64,000 nt of DNA, from contig JBGARZ010000013.1 of assembly GCA_044229975.1 (NCBI GenBank), positions 64,001 to 128,000 of the forward strand, written 5' to 3'. Positions 37,047-48,305 of the stretch are shown in pieces. Origin of the DNA: Polyangiales bacterium (GTDB taxonomy: Bacteria; Myxococcota_A; Polyangia; Polyangiales; Ga0077539). The notes below the pieces were generated by a model. That model was not told the origin of the DNA. It worked only from the letters and a program-made list of their open reading frames with translations, and ran no database searches. Both the position numbers and the translations under genes were made by a program. Each line of letters starts with the position of its first letter. The first letter of the stretch is position 1.

Positions 37047-38147
37047 ATGACCCAATCCCCCGACGAGCTTGCCCGCGCGCTCCGTGGGCGCCGGGTGCTC
37101 GTCACGGGTCACACCGGCTTCAAGGGCGCCTGGCTCACCCGCTGGCTGCTCGACCTCGGCGCCGAGGTCACCGGCTACGCCCTCGCCCCCGACACCACCC
37201 CCTCGCTCTTCGACCTGCTCTCCCTCGACCGGCACGTCCGCCATCACATCGGTGACATCCGCGACCTCGACCGCCTCCGCGCGGTCGTCGCGGAGTGCGC
37301 GCCCGACGCGGTCTTCCACCTCGCGGCCCAGCCGCTGGTGCGACGCAGCTACGCCGAGCCGCTGCTCACCCTCGACACCAACGTGATGGGCACCGCGCAC
37401 GTGCTGGAGGCCCTGCGCCTCGCCGGCCGCCCCTGCGCGGCGGTGATGGTGACCTCGGACAAGTGCTACGAAAACCGCGAGCAGGTGTACGGCTATCGCG
37501 AAGACGAGGCCATGGGCGGCCACGACGTCTACTCGATGTCCAAGGGCGCCGCGGAGCTGGTCATCGCCTCGTGGCGGCGCAGCTTCTTCCCGCCGTCGCA
37601 GCTCGCCACGCACGGCATCGCCGTGGCCTCGGCGCGCGCGGGCAACGTCATCGGCGGTGGTGACTGGGCCGCCGATCGCATCATCCCCGACTGCGTGCGC
37701 GCCCTCCGCGGGGGAGAGCCCATCGCGGTGCGCAACCCCGGCGCGGTGAGACCGTGGCAGCACGTGCTGGAGCCTCTTGGGGGATACCTCCTGCTCGCGG
37801 CGCGGATGCTCACCAGCGACACCGCCGCCCGCGCCCGCCTCTGCGAGGGGTGGAACTTCGGTCCCCAGACCGAGGCCACCCGTCCGGTTCGCGACCTGGT
37901 GGGGGCGCTCATCGCGACGTGGGGTTCGGGCTCGTGGGACGACCGCTCGGATGGCGCCGCGCCGCACGAGGCGAAGGTGCTGCGGCTCTCCATCGAGAAG
38001 GCCTGGGCGCATCTCGGGTGGTCACCCCGCTGGGCCTTCGAGCGCACCATCGCCGAGACGGCTCTCTGGTACCGCACCTGGAGTGATGGCGCCGACGGTG
38101 CTGCCCTCGACGCGCTCTGCGCCGAGCAGATCCGCCGCTACTCCTAA
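37047..38147 (+). CDS. rfbG: CDP-glucose 4,6-dehydratase
   Basis: [46 protein letters not shown]. Confidence 0.97.
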   Translation: MTQSPDELARALRGRRVLVTGHTGFKGAWLTRWLLDLGAEVTGYALAPDTTPSLFDLLSLDRHVRHHIGDIRDLDRLRAVVAECAPDAVFHLAAQPLVRRSYAEPLLTLDTNVMGTAHVLEALRLAGRPCAAVMVTSDKCYENREQVYGYREDEAMGGHDVYSMSKGAAELVIASWRRSFFPPSQLATHGIAVASARAGNVIGGGDWAADRIIPDCVRALRGGEPIAVRNPGAVRPWQHVLEPLGGYLLLAARMLTSDTAARARLCEGWNFGPQTEATRPVRDLVGALIATWGSGSWDDRSDGAAPHEAKVLRLSIEKAWAHLGWSPRWAFERTIAETALWYRTWSDGADGAALDALCAEQIRRYS

Positions 38148-38188
38148 CCCCGCTTCGTAAGCCCCAACGAGAGACCCCAGAGACCCCT

Positions 38189-39592
38189 ATGTCCAAGGAC
38201 GACGACGCCCTGGAGAAGCAGCTCACCAGCGAGATCCTCGAACGCGTCCGGCAGATCGCGCGCCTGCGCGACGAGTCGACGGCGGAGTTCAGGCCCGGTC
38301 GCACGCCGGTGCGGTACGCGGGCCGGGTCTACGACGAAAACGAGATGGTCAACCTCGTGTCGAGCTCGCTGGAGTTCTGGCTCACGGCAGGGCGCTGGCA
38401 CCGACGCCTGGAGGCCGACCTCGCGGCCTGGTTCGGGCTCGACCACGCGCGCCTCGTCAACAGCGGGTCGAGCGCCAACCTCCTGGCCACCGCGTCGCTC
38501 ACGTCCCCCAACTGGGGCGACCGACGACTGCGTCCGGGGGACGAGGTCATCACCGTCGCGGCGGGCTTCCCCACCACCGTCGCGCCCGCGATGCAGCTCG
38601 GGCTCGTGCCGGTGTTCGTCGACATCGAGCTGCCGACCTTCAACGTCGACGTGACGCGGCTGGAGCTCGCCCGCTCGCCCCGCACCCGCGCCGTGATGAT
38701 CGCCCACACGCTGGGCAACCCCTTCGACCTCGGCGCCGTCACGGCCTTCTGCAAGCAGCACGGGCTGTGGCTGGTGGAGGACAACTGCGACGCCGCGGGC
38801 TCGCGCTACCACGGGCAGCTCACCGGAACCTTCGGCGACCTCGCGACGCTGAGCTTCTACCCGGCGCACCACATGACGACGGGCGAAGGCGGCGCGGTGC
38901 TCTGCAACGGCGACGAGATGCTGCGGGTGGTGGAGTCGATCCGCGACTGGGGCCGCGACTGCTGGTGCGTGGGCGGAACCGACAACACCTGCGGCAAGCG
39001 CTTCGAGTGGCAGCTCGGCGAGCTCCCCACCGGCTACGACCACAAGTACACGTACAGCCATCTTGGCTACAACCTGAAGATGACCGACATGCAGGCCGCC
39101 GTCGGCCACGCGCAGCTCTCCAAGCTCGAAGGCTTCGGCGACGCGCGACGCAGGCACTGGAAGTTTCTGCGCGAGCGACTCGACGGGCTCGCCGATGTGC
39201 TGGTGCTGCCGGAGCCCACCGCGGGGAGCGACCCGAGCTGGTTCGGGTTCATGATGGCGGTGCGCGAGGGCGTGGGGTTTACGCGCGACGAGATGGTGCG
39301 GCACCTGGAGTCGCGGCGCATCCAGACGCGCATGCTCTTCTCGGGCAACCTCACGCGGCAGCCCGCGCTCACCCGCCTCGCGGAAGACTGCGCCGCCCGC
39401 GGCATGCCCGCGCCCTACCGCGTCGCGGGCGACCTCACGCGCACCGACTTCGTCATGAACCAGGGCTTCTGGATCGGTGTGTACCCGGGCATGACCGAGG
39501 CGATGCTGACCTTCATGGCCGACGAGATCACCGCCTTCGCGCGATCGCGGGCGGGCGCACCGCCGCGGCGGATGCTGCCGACGGCGCCGTAG
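38189..39592 (+). CDS. rfbH: CDP-4-keto-6-deoxyglucose 3-dehydratase (E1)
   Basis: [30 protein letters not shown] (His in place of Lys), [16 protein letters not shown]. Confidence 0.96.
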   Translation: MSKDDDALEKQLTSEILERVRQIARLRDESTAEFRPGRTPVRYAGRVYDENEMVNLVSSSLEFWLTAGRWHRRLEADLAAWFGLDHARLVNSGSSANLLATASLTSPNWGDRRLRPGDEVITVAAGFPTTVAPAMQLGLVPVFVDIELPTFNVDVTRLELARSPRTRAVMIAHTLGNPFDLGAVTAFCKQHGLWLVEDNCDAAGSRYHGQLTGTFGDLATLSFYPAHHMTTGEGGAVLCNGDEMLRVVESIRDWGRDCWCVGGTDNTCGKRFEWQLGELPTGYDHKYTYSHLGYNLKMTDMQAAVGHAQLSKLEGFGDARRRHWKFLRERLDGLADVLVLPEPTAGSDPSWFGFMMAVREGVGFTRDEMVRHLESRRIQTRMLFSGNLTRQPALTRLAEDCAARGMPAPYRVAGDLTRTDFVMNQGFWIGVYPGMTEAMLTFMADEITAFARSRAGAPPRRMLPTAP

Positions 39593-39593
39593 G

Positions 39594-40904
39594 TCAGAGC
39601 GTGCGGTCGGGCACGCGCCGCGCGGTCCAGGTGCCGAGTCGGGCGCGCAGCTTGTCGGTGAAGCGATAGGGCGTGATGGGGGTCGGCATGGTGTAGGGAC
39701 CGAGGAGGTTGCCCATCCACGCCGCGGCGGCGCTCACGTCGGTGATGCCGAAGGGTGCGAGGTCGACGGTCAGCATGCCGTAGGGGTCGATGCCGAGGGC
39801 GGGCCCGCGCGCGGCGCCGACCACCGGGCGGTTGGGCACGAGGCGCCGGAGGGCCGCGATGTACCCCTTCAAGGCGCGGTCGTTGCGCGTCTGGGCGACA
39901 GCCTCCAGCCGCGCGACGGTGTCCGACCAGCGGTCGGGGGTCATCCGGGAGATCTCGCGGAAGAAGGCCGCGATGACCATCGGGCGCACCGGCCGGAGGC
40001 GACCGCCGAAGGCGTGGTCGTCCGCCTGGAAGAACGCCTCCATCACCGCCAGCAGGATGGACCCGGGGATGATCGCGAGCCGCGGGTGCGGGGCGATGTC
40101 GTTCTCGGCGAGGAAGCGGTCGCGCGGCGCGGCGTTGGCGGGCATCGCGCCAAAGGCCGACCCGGTGCTGTGCCCGGAGGCGGCGTTGAGCGAGAAGGGG
40201 CGCGTCGAGTACAGGTACCAGGGGAGCTCGGACAGCACCGCGAAGCCGGAGTAGGCGTCGGGGATGGACGAGTGGAAGAAGCGCCCGTCGCGGCGTCGGA
40301 TGGCGTGCAGCGCCCGCGCGTCGACGAAGCTGTTGTAGAGCGACGGGCAGCGGTAGTACGGCAGCCAGAGGTTCTTGACGTCGCGCAGGGCCGCGTCGCT
40401 CTCGTAGCGGATGAGCCTGTTTTCCAGGGGGACGCTGCCGGAGTTGCGACGCAGCGGCTCCGGAAACGAGGGCCACATGTACTCGGCCTTGCGCCACGAC
40501 AGCGCGCGCGCGCCGGTCGCCCGCAGCACCGCGGCGACGTCGTCGAGGGCCCCCGGCAGCAGCGCGTCGTCGTCGCCGAGGTAGTGGACGAAGTTGCCCG
40601 GCTCGTCGTCGACGGCCGCGAGGGCGAACTCCCAGTTGCCGCTCATGCTCGTGCGACGACCGGTGTTGACGTACCGCACGCGCGGGTCGCCGAAGGACTC
40701 CACCACCGCGCGGGTGGCGTCGACGCTTGCGTTGTCGCTCACCACCACGGTGAGCCCCGGCGACGACTGATCGAGGCAGGTCTGCAACGTGTACCGGAGC
40801 GTGTCGCAGCGCTCGCGGGTGGGGATGACCACGGTGAACCTCACCGGGGGACCGCCCCCCTCCCGAGGGCCCGTCGGGGCCGCGGCGTCCGTCGTCGACT
40901 TCAT
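39594..40904 (-). CDS. Glycosyltransferase family 2
   Basis: VVIPTRER, VSDNAS.D, LGDDD. Confidence 0.9.
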   Translation of the reverse strand: MKSTTDAAAPTGPREGGGPPVRFTVVIPTRERCDTLRYTLQTCLDQSSPGLTVVVSDNASVDATRAVVESFGDPRVRYVNTGRRTSMSGNWEFALAAVDDEPGNFVHYLGDDDALLPGALDDVAAVLRATGARALSWRKAEYMWPSFPEPLRRNSGSVPLENRLIRYESDAALRDVKNLWLPYYRCPSLYNSFVDARALHAIRRRDGRFFHSSIPDAYSGFAVLSELPWYLYSTRPFSLNAASGHSTGSAFGAMPANAAPRDRFLAENDIAPHPRLAIIPGSILLAVMEAFFQADDHAFGGRLRPVRPMVIAAFFREISRMTPDRWSDTVARLEAVAQTRNDRALKGYIAALRRLVPNRPVVGAARGPALGIDPYGMLTVDLAPFGITDVSAAAAWMGNLLGPYTMPTPITPYRFTDKLRARLGTWTARRVPDRTL

Positions 40905-41023
40905 CGATTCTCTCGGGGTGACAAGGGTGGAGCGGCGGCACGCTTGCCCCCACCACAGAGCGTTGTCAACGGCCGTCGCGCCCTTGTCGCCCGCGGCGCC
41001 CGCGGGTACTCCGTCGACACCCG

Positions 41024-42571
41024 ATGGCCTCGCCTTCCGCGCTCCCGGCGGTCTCCCGCCGCCTCACGACCCTCTTCAACCTCCTCTTCAATTACGCCAG
41101 CGTCCTCCTCGTCGTGGTGCAGGGCATCGTGCTGATGCCGCTCTACCGCCGGCACGTCCCCGACGCGCTCCTCGGCGCCTGGATGGCGACGGGCAACCTC
41201 CTCACCTGGCTGGAGCTCGTCGACCCGGGGACCAGCGACGTCATCCGGCAGCGCGTCGCCCATCACTACGGCGCCAACGACCGCGCCGCCCTCGCGCGCA
41301 CCATCGGAACCGGCATCCGCCTGAGCCTCGGCTTCGCGTGCATCCCCCTGCTCGGCTGGCCGTTCGCGGACCTCGCCTGCGCCGCCGCCAGCGACCTCAC
41401 CCGGCTGTCTCCCGCGGACGCCGCGTCCCTCGTCACGAGCTTCCGCGTCGGGCTCCTCGGGGTCTCCCTCTCCCTCGCCTCGTACGGCTTCTCCGCCGTG
41501 TGCAGCGGCCTTCAGCTCGCGCTCAAGTCCGGGCTCTTCTTCATCGCCACGGGGGTGCTCAGCATCGTCATCACCGTGGTGATGGTCCTGCTCGGCTATG
41601 GCCTCGTGGCCATCCCGACGGGCCTCGCGGTGCGCGCCGCGCTGATGTCCCTCTCCTTCGCGTGGCTCGTCTACCGCTGGAAGCGCGAGCACCTCCCCGA
41701 GCCGATGACCCTCGACCCCGTCGAGGCGCGGCAGGTGCTCTCGCTCACCGCCACGACCTTCACCAGCCGCCTCGGGACGACGCTCCTCGACCGCCTCGAC
41801 GCCTCGCTCATCGCGCGCGTGCTCGGCAACACGCAGACCTTCACCTACGGCGTCACGGGGCGCGCGCTGGAGCCCGTGCGCATGGTGAGCGTGAGCCTCC
41901 CGACCTCGCTCATGCCGAGCCTCTCGCACATGGTCGGCGCCGGCGAACGCACCGAGATCGCCCGGGTCGTCGCGCTGCTCTCGCAGGTGACCGGGACCTT
42001 CGTCGCGGTGGGCGCCGGGTCCGTCGCCGCCCTCGACGCGGTGTTCGTGCGGGTGTGGCTCGGGCCGGCGGTCTTCGGCGGGCCGGACCTCATCGCGCTG
42101 CTCGCGGTCTCCACCTCGCTCTCGGTGTTTGCGGTGACGCTCAACCGGGTGGTGTCGTCCCTCGGCGCGATTCGTCAGGCCGCGTGGGTGTCGCTCGCCG
42201 AGGCGGTGGTGAAGGTGCCGCTCCAGTTCTTCCTGCTGCGCCGCCTTGGACTCATCGGGCTCCCGATCGCCACCTGCGTCGGCGCGATGTCCGTCTCCGG
42301 CTGGTACCTGCCCTCCCTCGTCGCCCGGCTGGTCGACGAACCCCCGTGGCGGCACGTGCTGCGCAACCTCGGCAACGCCGCCCGCGTGGTCGTCGCCGTG
42401 CTCATCGGCCGCGCCCTGCACACCCTCATCGACCGGCTCCCGGTGGCCTGGACCGTCGGGCGCTTCGTGGTCGCCGCCGTGGTGGTGGGCGCGTTCTTCT
42501 CGGCGCTCGGCCTCGCCACCGACCGCCACCTCTTCGAGCGCCTGCGCGCGGCGCTCCGCCGCAAGCGCTGA
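41024..42571 (+). CDS. Wzx/MATE-like polysaccharide flippase
   Basis: About 12-14 TM helices; sits in the sugar cluster. Confidence 0.82.
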   Translation: MASPSALPAVSRRLTTLFNLLFNYASVLLVVVQGIVLMPLYRRHVPDALLGAWMATGNLLTWLELVDPGTSDVIRQRVAHHYGANDRAALARTIGTGIRLSLGFACIPLLGWPFADLACAAASDLTRLSPADAASLVTSFRVGLLGVSLSLASYGFSAVCSGLQLALKSGLFFIATGVLSIVITVVMVLLGYGLVAIPTGLAVRAALMSLSFAWLVYRWKREHLPEPMTLDPVEARQVLSLTATTFTSRLGTTLLDRLDASLIARVLGNTQTFTYGVTGRALEPVRMVSVSLPTSLMPSLSHMVGAGERTEIARVVALLSQVTGTFVAVGAGSVAALDAVFVRVWLGPAVFGGPDLIALLAVSTSLSVFAVTLNRVVSSLGAIRQAAWVSLAEAVVKVPLQFFLLRRLGLIGLPIATCVGAMSVSGWYLPSLVARLVDEPPWRHVLRNLGNAARVVVAVLIGRALHTLIDRLPVAWTVGRFVVAAVVVGAFFSALGLATDRHLFERLRAALRRKR

Positions 42572-42574
42572 CCG

Positions 42575-43747
42575 TCAGGGCGTCTCGAAGCGCGCGCGCA
42601 CCCCGAGGGCCGCGCACCGCTCGCGAATCTCCTGCGCGTAGTTGCCGTTCATCACGAGCACGGTCACCTCGCCGCCGAGCGTCGCGAGCCACTCGGGCGC
42701 GTGGATGGCGTGCCCGCTGCCGGGGATGAAGCGTCCCTGCTTCTTGGGGTTCACGTCGACGCCGCCGCGCAGGAGGGTGCCGTCGGGGTCGACGAGGTTG
42801 GCGAACACCACCCCCTTGGTCGCCATGCCCCACAGCACGCACGGCCCTCCAGCGCCCGCCGCGCGCAGCCGCTCCCGCGCGCCGTCGATGCGCCGCTGCT
42901 CGTCGGCGGCGTAGCCCGCGAGGCGCGCCACGGCGTCGGCCCCGTCGAGCGCGGTCGCGTCCTCGTCCCCCGCCTCCCCTTCGGCCCACTGGTACTGGTC
43001 GCCAAACGCGGACCGCGCCGCCGTCAGCGCCACCCCGCCGCGCCGGAGCGCGTGCGCGAAGGTCGGGCGCGTGAAGTAGTTGCAGTGCTCGTAGCAGAAG
43101 TCCCAGAAGGCCCCCTGCGCGATGATCCATTCGAGGTCGGGCACCTCGAAGAACAGGGGCGTCCCGGGGTGTTCGCGCACGCCCGCTACCACCGCGCGGA
43201 TGAAGGGGACGGGCGCGGGGATGTGCTCGATGACGTGGCGGCAGACGACGAGCGACGGGCGCTCGCCCACCAGCTCGGAGCGGAACATCTCGCGCACGAG
43301 CTCGACGGGCCGCTCGGGCGTCGCCGCGCGCGGGGTGCAGCTCGGGTCGACGCCGACCCCGCGAGCGCCCGGAACCTCCGCGCAGAGCACGTCGAGGAAG
43401 GTCCCCTTGCCGCAGCCGACGTCATAGACGGGGGCGCGGGTGAGGTCGCGGGCTGCTGCGAGGTGGCGCGCGATGGAGCGGTAGTAGTCGGTGAAGACCG
43501 CGGACGGGACGTCGTTGTCGTAGCGCGGGTCGTAGACCATCAGCGCCGCGTCGAAGCGGGTGTTGAACGCGAACCCGCACCCGGCGCACACCCCGAGGGT
43601 GAAGGGCGCGCAGGGCGCCGCGAGGGCCTCCTCGCGCGACGGCCACACGAGGTTTTGCATGACGGGGAGGCGGTCGCGGTGGAGGACCGCGACGGGGTCG
43701 GGGCGGTCGCAGACCGGGCACCGCAGCGGGGACCCGGCCGTGGTCAC
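42575..43747 (-). CDS. SAM-dependent methyltransferase of the sugar C-methyltransferase-like type
   Basis: CPVC/CAGC zinc site, DVGCGKG, RHVIEH, YEHCNYF, DVNPKKQG. Confidence 0.85.
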   Translation of the reverse strand: MTTAGSPLRCPVCDRPDPVAVLHRDRLPVMQNLVWPSREEALAAPCAPFTLGVCAGCGFAFNTRFDAALMVYDPRYDNDVPSAVFTDYYRSIARHLAAARDLTRAPVYDVGCGKGTFLDVLCAEVPGARGVGVDPSCTPRAATPERPVELVREMFRSELVGERPSLVVCRHVIEHIPAPVPFIRAVVAGVREHPGTPLFFEVPDLEWIIAQGAFWDFCYEHCNYFTRPTFAHALRRGGVALTAARSAFGDQYQWAEGEAGDEDATALDGADAVARLAGYAADEQRRIDGARERLRAAGAGGPCVLWGMATKGVVFANLVDPDGTLLRGGVDVNPKKQGRFIPGSGHAIHAPEWLATLGGEVTVLVMNGNYAQEIRERCAALGVRARFETP

Positions 43748-44517
43748 GGGAGGCGCCGGAGCCAGGCGCCGGGCCAGTGGGTGATGTGCTCGCGCACCTC
43801 GCCCTCGTTGAAGACGAAGGGCGGCGGCTCGTCGATGACGAACTCGGGGTGGGCGTCGGCGAACTCGCGCGCCGCGGCGGTGGGGTTGTCGTCCTTCCAC
43901 TCGGGCTTGCCGCGGGGGACGTCATCGAGAAACTGCATGAGCCCGTCGGTGGCGACGATGTACGACCCGGCGGTGACCAGCGGGGCGTAGGCGGCGAGCT
44001 CGTCGGCGACGTGCTGCTTGGTGTGGTTGGAGTCGAGAAACACCAGCACCTTCTGGCCCGGCTTGATGAGCCCGCGCACGCGCTCGACGATGCTCGGGTC
44101 GGTGGAGCTGCCTTCGAGCAGGGTGATGGACGACGACAGCTCGTGGGCCTCGATGGCGGCGCGGTTGTGCGGGCGGATCTCGATGTCGACGCCGATGATG
44201 CGCCCCGGGTTGCCCATCATCTTGAGCAGGCTGGCGTTGTAGATGAGCGAGCCGCCGTGGGCGACGCCGGTCTCCACGATGACGTCGGGCTTCACGCGGT
44301 AGATGACCTCCTGCGCGCGAACCATGTCCTCGGGGAGCTGGATGATGGGGCGCCCCATCCAGGTGAACGAGTAGATGTGCTTGAGGGCCCAGCCGACCTG
44401 AATCCACACCCGCGAGATCGCCGAGAACGCCTCGCGGCTGTACAGCGGGAGCGAGCGGGCGCCGGTGGCATCCTCGCAGGCGACGGTTCTGGCTTCGGTG
44501 TCGATGGTCAGCTTCAT
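43744..44517 (-). CDS. CmcI (cephalosporin hydroxylase family) methyltransferase
   Basis: WMGRPIIQ, ETGVAHGGSL, EGSS, LDSNH. Confidence 0.92.
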   Translation of the reverse strand: MKLTIDTEARTVACEDATGARSLPLYSREAFSAISRVWIQVGWALKHIYSFTWMGRPIIQLPEDMVRAQEVIYRVKPDVIVETGVAHGGSLIYNASLLKMMGNPGRIIGVDIEIRPHNRAAIEAHELSSSITLLEGSSTDPSIVERVRGLIKPGQKVLVFLDSNHTKQHVADELAAYAPLVTAGSYIVATDGLMQFLDDVPRGKPEWKDDNPTAAAREFADAHPEFVIDEPPPFVFNEGEVREHITHWPGAWLRRLP

Positions 44518-44754
44518 GGGGGTATTGGGTGCTTCCTCGAAGGGCGTGGACGCTCTCGCACGGCGGCGCTCGTTGTCAACGCCGACGGCGGTCGCCGGGC
44601 GTCGATGGCAGCCATGCGTTGCGGCTCCGGGCGCGGGTCATTCACCATTGACTGCCGCGGGTGCTCGGGCATTGTCCGCCGCCGATGAATCCGGGCGCGC
44701 CGGCGCGCCACGGACCGCGAAGCGAACACCGCACGACGCCGGAGCGAGCAACCC

Positions 44755-45555
44755 ATGAAGGTCATCATCTTGTGCGGGGGCCAGGGCACCCGGATCCGCG
44801 ACGCCAACGAGCTCGTCCCCAAGCCCCTGCTCGCCATCGGCGACCGGCCGATGGTCTGGCACATCATGAAGTCGTACGCGACGCACGGCTTCACCGACTT
44901 CGTGCTCGCCCTCGGCTTCAAGGGCTGGCTCATCAAGGAGTACTTCCTCAACTACCGCTCGATGACGGCCGACCTGCGGGTCTCGCTCGGGCGCACCGAG
45001 GCCGTCGAGGTGCTCGACCGCCACGCCTCCGAGGACTGGTCGGTCACCCTCGCCGAGACGGGGGAACACACCATGACCGGCGGGCGCGTCGCGGCCCTCC
45101 GCCGCTACGTCGAAAACGACGACCTGTTCATGGTCACCTACGGCGACGGGGTGTCCGACGTCGACATCGGCAAGCTCGTGGCCTTCCACCGATCGCACGG
45201 CAAGGTCGCCACGGTGACGGCCGTGCACCCGCCGGGTCGCTTCGGCGAGCTGGGTATCCGCGACGGGCTCGTGCAGGAGTTCAACGAGAAGCCACAGACG
45301 ACCCTCGGGTTCATCAACGGGGGCTTCATGGTCTTCGACGCGAAGCGCGCGTGGGACTACATCCCGACGGGCAATCCCGGCCTCGTGCTGGAGGTCGAGC
45401 CGCTCCAGTCGCTGGCCAACGCGGGCGAGCTGGTCGCGTACGAGCACCACGGGTTCTGGCAGCCGATGGACACGCTGCGCGAGTACACCCAGCTCAACCA
45501 GCAGTGGGCCTCGGGCAACGCGCCGTGGAAGACCTGGGCCGACGACCCCCGCTGA
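44755..45555 (+). CDS. rfbF: Glucose-1-phosphate cytidylyltransferase
   Basis: LCGGQGTR, PKP, TMTGGR, TYGDG, GFWQPMDT. Confidence 0.95.
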   Translation: MKVIILCGGQGTRIRDANELVPKPLLAIGDRPMVWHIMKSYATHGFTDFVLALGFKGWLIKEYFLNYRSMTADLRVSLGRTEAVEVLDRHASEDWSVTLAETGEHTMTGGRVAALRRYVENDDLFMVTYGDGVSDVDIGKLVAFHRSHGKVATVTAVHPPGRFGELGIRDGLVQEFNEKPQTTLGFINGGFMVFDAKRAWDYIPTGNPGLVLEVEPLQSLANAGELVAYEHHGFWQPMDTLREYTQLNQQWASGNAPWKTWADDPR

Positions 45556-45598
45556 GGGCCTCGACGACCCCCTCCGACTACACCAACAGGATGTCCCC

Positions 45599-46831
45599 AT
45601 GACTGAAGGCCGAACGTTTCGCTGCTGGTCCTGCCAGGGCAACCGACTGACCCCGGTGCTCGACCTGGGGCGCACCCCGCTCGCCAACTCGCTCGTCCCC
45701 GAAGGCGCGCTGCACCACACCGACCCGACCTTCCCGTTGGAGCTGGCCTGGTGCGCCGACTGCTCCCTCGTGCAGATCACCGACTCGGTGCCGCCCGAAG
45801 ACCTCTTCCGCGACTACCTCTATTTCTCGTCCTACTCCGACACCATGCTCCTGCACGCGGAGTCGCTCGTCGAGCGCATGATCCGCGAGCGCTCCCTCGA
45901 CCCGCACTCGCTCGTCGTCGAGGTCGCCAGCAACGACGGCTACCTGTTGAAGTTCTACAAGCGCGCCGGGGTGCAGGTGCTCGGCGTCGAGCCCGCGGTC
46001 AACGTCGCCAAGGTCGCCGTCGAAGAGCACGGCATCCCGACCGTCACCGAGTTCTTCGGCGACGACCTCGCGGGTCGGCTGCGGTCCGAGGGGCGGCGCG
46101 CGTCGGTGATGCACGCCAACAACGTGCTGGCCCACGTGCCCGACCTCAACGGCTTCGTGCGCGGCTTCAAGACCCTGCTCGCCGACGACGGCGTGGCCAT
46201 CTTCGAGGCGCCGTACGTGCGCGACATGGTCGAGGGCGTGGCCTTCGACACGATCTACCACGAGCACCTCTGCTACTACTCGCTGACGGCCCTCGACGCG
46301 CTCTTCCGCCGCAACGGGCTGGTCATCGCGCACGTCGAGCGGCTCGCCATCCACGGCGGCTCGCTGCGCATCTTCGCCACGCACAACGAGACGCCCGACG
46401 AGACGGTGACGTCGATGCTCGCCGACGAGCACGCCCTCGGCATCGACGGCCTCGCGTACTACGAGGTCTTCGCGCGGCGGGTGCAGCACCTGCGGGTCAC
46501 GCTCACCGGGCTCCTGCGCGACCTGAAGGCCGCCGGGCGCACCATCGCGGCGTACGGCGCCAGCGCCAAGGGCAGCACGCTGCTCAACGCCTTCGGCATC
46601 GGCCGTGAGGTGCTCGACTTCGTGGTCGACCGATCGCCCCACAAGCAGGGGCTCTACACCGCCGGCACGCACATCCCCATCCGCGCGCCGGAGGCTCTCG
46701 TCAGCGCGCGCCCCGACTACGCGCTCCTGCTCACCTGGAACTTCGCCGACGAGATCCTCGCCCAGCAGGAGGAGTACCGCGCGGGGGGTGGTCGCTTCAT
46801 CGTTCCGGTGCCGCAGGTGCGGGTGCTGTGA
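45599..46831 (+). CDS. NDP-hexose C-methyltransferase
   Basis: CxxC pairs, EVASNDG, NNVLAH, FDTIYHEH, HGGSLR, YGASAKG, WNF. Confidence 0.92.
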   Translation: MTEGRTFRCWSCQGNRLTPVLDLGRTPLANSLVPEGALHHTDPTFPLELAWCADCSLVQITDSVPPEDLFRDYLYFSSYSDTMLLHAESLVERMIRERSLDPHSLVVEVASNDGYLLKFYKRAGVQVLGVEPAVNVAKVAVEEHGIPTVTEFFGDDLAGRLRSEGRRASVMHANNVLAHVPDLNGFVRGFKTLLADDGVAIFEAPYVRDMVEGVAFDTIYHEHLCYYSLTALDALFRRNGLVIAHVERLAIHGGSLRIFATHNETPDETVTSMLADEHALGIDGLAYYEVFARRVQHLRVTLTGLLRDLKAAGRTIAAYGASAKGSTLLNAFGIGREVLDFVVDRSPHKQGLYTAGTHIPIRAPEALVSARPDYALLLTWNFADEILAQQEEYRAGGGRFIVPVPQVRVL

Positions 46832-47358
46832 GGTTCACCGAGACGCCCATCCGCGGCGCGTGGGTGGTCGACCTCGAACGCATCGAGGACGAGCGAGGGT
46901 TCTTCGCGCGGACGTGGTGCGCGAAGGAGTTCGCCGAGCACGGGATGCACGCCCAGCTCGCGCAGTGCTCGGTGTCCTTCAACACCAAGAAGAACACCCT
47001 CCGCGGGATGCACTTCCAGAGGGCCCCGCACGAGGAGGCCAAGCTGGTGAGCTGCCCCCGCGGTCGCATCTGGGACGTGGTGCTCGACCTGCGGCGCGAC
47101 TCGGAGACGTTCTGCCGGTGGCACGGCGTCGAGCTGTCGCCGGAGAATTACCGGGCGTTGTATGTTCCGCCGGGGTGCGCGCACGGGATGGTGACGCTGG
47201 AGGACGACACGCTCGTCGCCTACCAGATCTCCGTCGCGTACGTGGCGGGTCACCAGGCCGCGGTGCGCTGGGACGACCCCGCGTTTGGCATCACCTGGCC
47301 GACGACGTCGCCGATTCTGTCCGAGCGCGACCGATCGCTGCCGGACTTCGTTCGATGA
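46828..47358 (+). CDS. rfbC: NDP-4-keto-6-deoxyhexose 3,5-epimerase (RmlC family)
   Basis: DERGFF, LRGMHFQ, DVVLDLR, P.GCAHG, WDDP. Confidence 0.93.
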   Translation: MRFTETPIRGAWVVDLERIEDERGFFARTWCAKEFAEHGMHAQLAQCSVSFNTKKNTLRGMHFQRAPHEEAKLVSCPRGRIWDVVLDLRRDSETFCRWHGVELSPENYRALYVPPGCAHGMVTLEDDTLVAYQISVAYVAGHQAAVRWDDPAFGITWPTTSPILSERDRSLPDFVR

Positions 47359-48266
47359 AGGTGCTGGTCACCGGAGCCGCGGGCTTCGTCGGCTCGCAGG
47401 TCGTGCGACAGCTCGTGGCGGGCGGCGACGAGGTGGTGGCGCTCTTCCGCCCGGGCGAGTCCACCGCGCGTGTCACCGACGTACTGCCGCGGCTCACGGC
47501 GCGCGACATCGACCTCGCCGACCACGCCGCGCTCGCTGCGATGGTGGCCGCCGAGCGCCCCGCCGCGTGCCTCCACACCGCCTGGAACGCCGAGCCCGGC
47601 AAGTACCTCCACTCGCGCGAAAACCTGCGACTGGTGGAGGCGTCGCACCGCCTCGCGGAGGCGCTCGCCGACCACGGGTGCGCGCGCTTCGTGGGCGTCG
47701 GGACCAACGCCGAGTACGACACCAGCTACGGCTACCTCTCCGAGCGAACACCCACGGCACCGGGGTACCTGTACTCGGCGTGCAAGCTGGGTCTCTCGCA
47801 CTCGCTCGCGCAGCTCGGGTTGCTCACCGGGATGCAGGTCGCGTGGGCGCGGTTGTTCTATCTGTACGGGCCGTGGGAAGACCCGCGGCGGCTGGTGTCG
47901 TCGGTGGCGCGCGCGCTCTTGGAGGGGCGCGAGGCGCCGTGCAGCGAGGGCTCGCAGGTGCGGGACTTCCTGCACGTGGCCGACGTCGCGGGCGCGCTGG
48001 TGGCGGTGCTGCGCTCGGGGCTGACGGGTGCGGTCAACGTGGGGTCGGGCGAGCCGGTGACGGTGCGCGAGGTGGTCACGCGGCTGGGTGCCATCATCGG
48101 GCGCCCGGAGCTGCTGCGGCCGGGCGTGATCGCGGTGAAGGCGGGTGAACCGCCGTTTGTGTGCGCCGACAATGGCAAGCTGAGGGCCGAGACCGGGTGG
48201 GCGCCTACGTTCACGCTGGAGCGCGGACTGACCGACACCGTGGACTGGTGGCGCGCACGAGGCTGA
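47355..48266 (+). CDS. NAD-dependent epimerase/dehydratase family (NDP-sugar 4-reductase-like)
   Basis: TGAAGFVG, GTNAEY, YSACK, YGP, RDFLHV. Confidence 0.9.
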   Translation: MKVLVTGAAGFVGSQVVRQLVAGGDEVVALFRPGESTARVTDVLPRLTARDIDLADHAALAAMVAAERPAACLHTAWNAEPGKYLHSRENLRLVEASHRLAEALADHGCARFVGVGTNAEYDTSYGYLSERTPTAPGYLYSACKLGLSHSLAQLGLLTGMQVAWARLFYLYGPWEDPRRLVSSVARALLEGREAPCSEGSQVRDFLHVADVAGALVAVLRSGLTGAVNVGSGEPVTVREVVTRLGAIIGRPELLRPGVIAVKAGEPPFVCADNGKLRAETGWAPTFTLERGLTDTVDWWRARG

Positions 48267-48305
48267 ACTCCACCGTCGGCACATCCGACGTGCTCAGCGC
48301 GACGA

